Shown in pieces: positions 63,101 through 64,000 of a DNA stretch of 64,000 nucleotides. Position numbers and translations under genes: made by a program. The notes below the pieces were generated by a model that saw only the letters and a program-made list of their open reading frames with translations, did not search any database and was not told the origin of the DNA. This stretch comes from Marsupella aquatica (taxonomy: Eukaryota > Plantae > Marchantiophyta): contig OZ316892.1 of NCBI GenBank assembly GCA_973895155.1, forward strand, positions 29,952,932-30,016,931. Reading direction: 5' to 3'. Every line of letters begins with the position of its first letter. Position 1 is the stretch's first letter.

Positions 63101-63471
63101 TTTGAAAGGTGCATGCAAAGAGTTCTTGATCTTTGTGATTCCGTTTGTGATTGTGGTGATTGTCTATGCATGTGCTGCCAGTTATCTTTGGAAGAGGCTA
63201 TTGGATATGTAGTAGCAGATGAGCTTATAGAGGTACGTTTCAAGGTTTTCTGTTAAGCTTTTGATGATGAGATCACGTCCTAGGACATCTAGCTGTGGAC
63301 TTCTGGGTATGTAAATATCTTGGGGTTCTGGTAAGTTTCTTATCATGTATGTTTAGAATCTAATTATGGACTTACCTCTTCCAGGTAACACCGAAGGTGA
63401 TCCGTTTGCGAAAGAAATTTTTAGATTCTTCGAAGAGAAGAACTAATCGGCGCGTTGTGAAAGACAAGTAG
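57199..63471 (+). CDS. typA: TypA/BipA translational GTPase, organellar (probably mitochondrial), 19 exons
   Basis: Exons ~57199-57570, 57784-57858, 58346-58496, 58612-58681, 58938-59107, 59278-59415, 59733-59858, 60202-60300, 60468-60591, 60973-61036, 61181-61238, 61491-61615, 61950-62023, 62148-62197, 62330-62416, 62638-62688, 62796-62880, 63182-63232, 63385-63471. Motifs [90 protein letters not shown]. Arg/Ser-rich N-terminal extension. Confidence 0.96.
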
Positions 63472-64000
63472 ACAGACTACAATTTTGCCAGCTATTGTGC
63501 CGTACCAAATGCCCATTAATTTAGTTTACACCACAGGCCTTCAAGTTCCCCCACGTAGATTAGGCCGGTGACCCTATTTTTACAATCATGATTTTTTCGT
63601 TCCATGATTAGAAAAATAAACTGAATGTCCCCTCGTGCTCGAAGGGTGTCACATGTGTGCTTCAGGATTTGGCATCCTGTCGAATAATTATATTCGTTGT
63701 TCCCGTCAAACAAGTCTCAACCAGCTCTTGTGGGTCACCTTTAAAATTGATCTGGATCAAGTCCCTCACGATGAGAGATTGGGACATGAGGACGGATTTG
63801 GCTACGAGTTATTTCTCGTGTTTTCTCGTGTTTTCTCGTGTTCTGCTTTTTATACTACATTTCGTCCGGATTGGGTCCTTTCATCGAATTAGTATAATCC
63901 AATGTTCACAGCTTCTAATTTTTCGAAAAGCTTAGTAATAAACATCCTGTTACATTGTTCTCTTGAAGGGTCAGATTGATTCCAGAAGCTTAAAAGCAAT

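Overview
Eukaryotic plant nuclear DNA with spliceosomal introns. It is most likely a non-seed plant such as a liverwort; this is inferred from the intron-containing microbial-type terpene synthase and was not database-checked. The first ~30 kb is gene-dense housekeeping sequence: mitoribosomal mS33 (+), plastid Fe-S factor HCF101 (-), eIF2B beta (-), ferredoxin-sulfite reductase (+) and a BORCS5-like gene with an N-myristoylation motif (-). From ~30 to 57 kb the window is gene-poor accessory sequence. It holds a Mutator-like MITE, a truncated SINE, two copies of a copia-type LTR, a 1.76-kb TIR element, many short tandem duplications, an internally deleted microbial-type terpene synthase (MTPSL) and an intronless divergent PLATZ gene. 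The window ends with a 19-exon organellar (probably mitochondrial) TypA/BipA GTPase. I found no convincing new multi-gene system. The best leads are the deleted MTPSL, the intronless PLATZ with an altered zinc site, the ribbon-helix-helix-like tail of SiR and the plant BORCS5-like gene. Exon boundaries were read by eye from GT/GC-AG sites and recalled family motifs.
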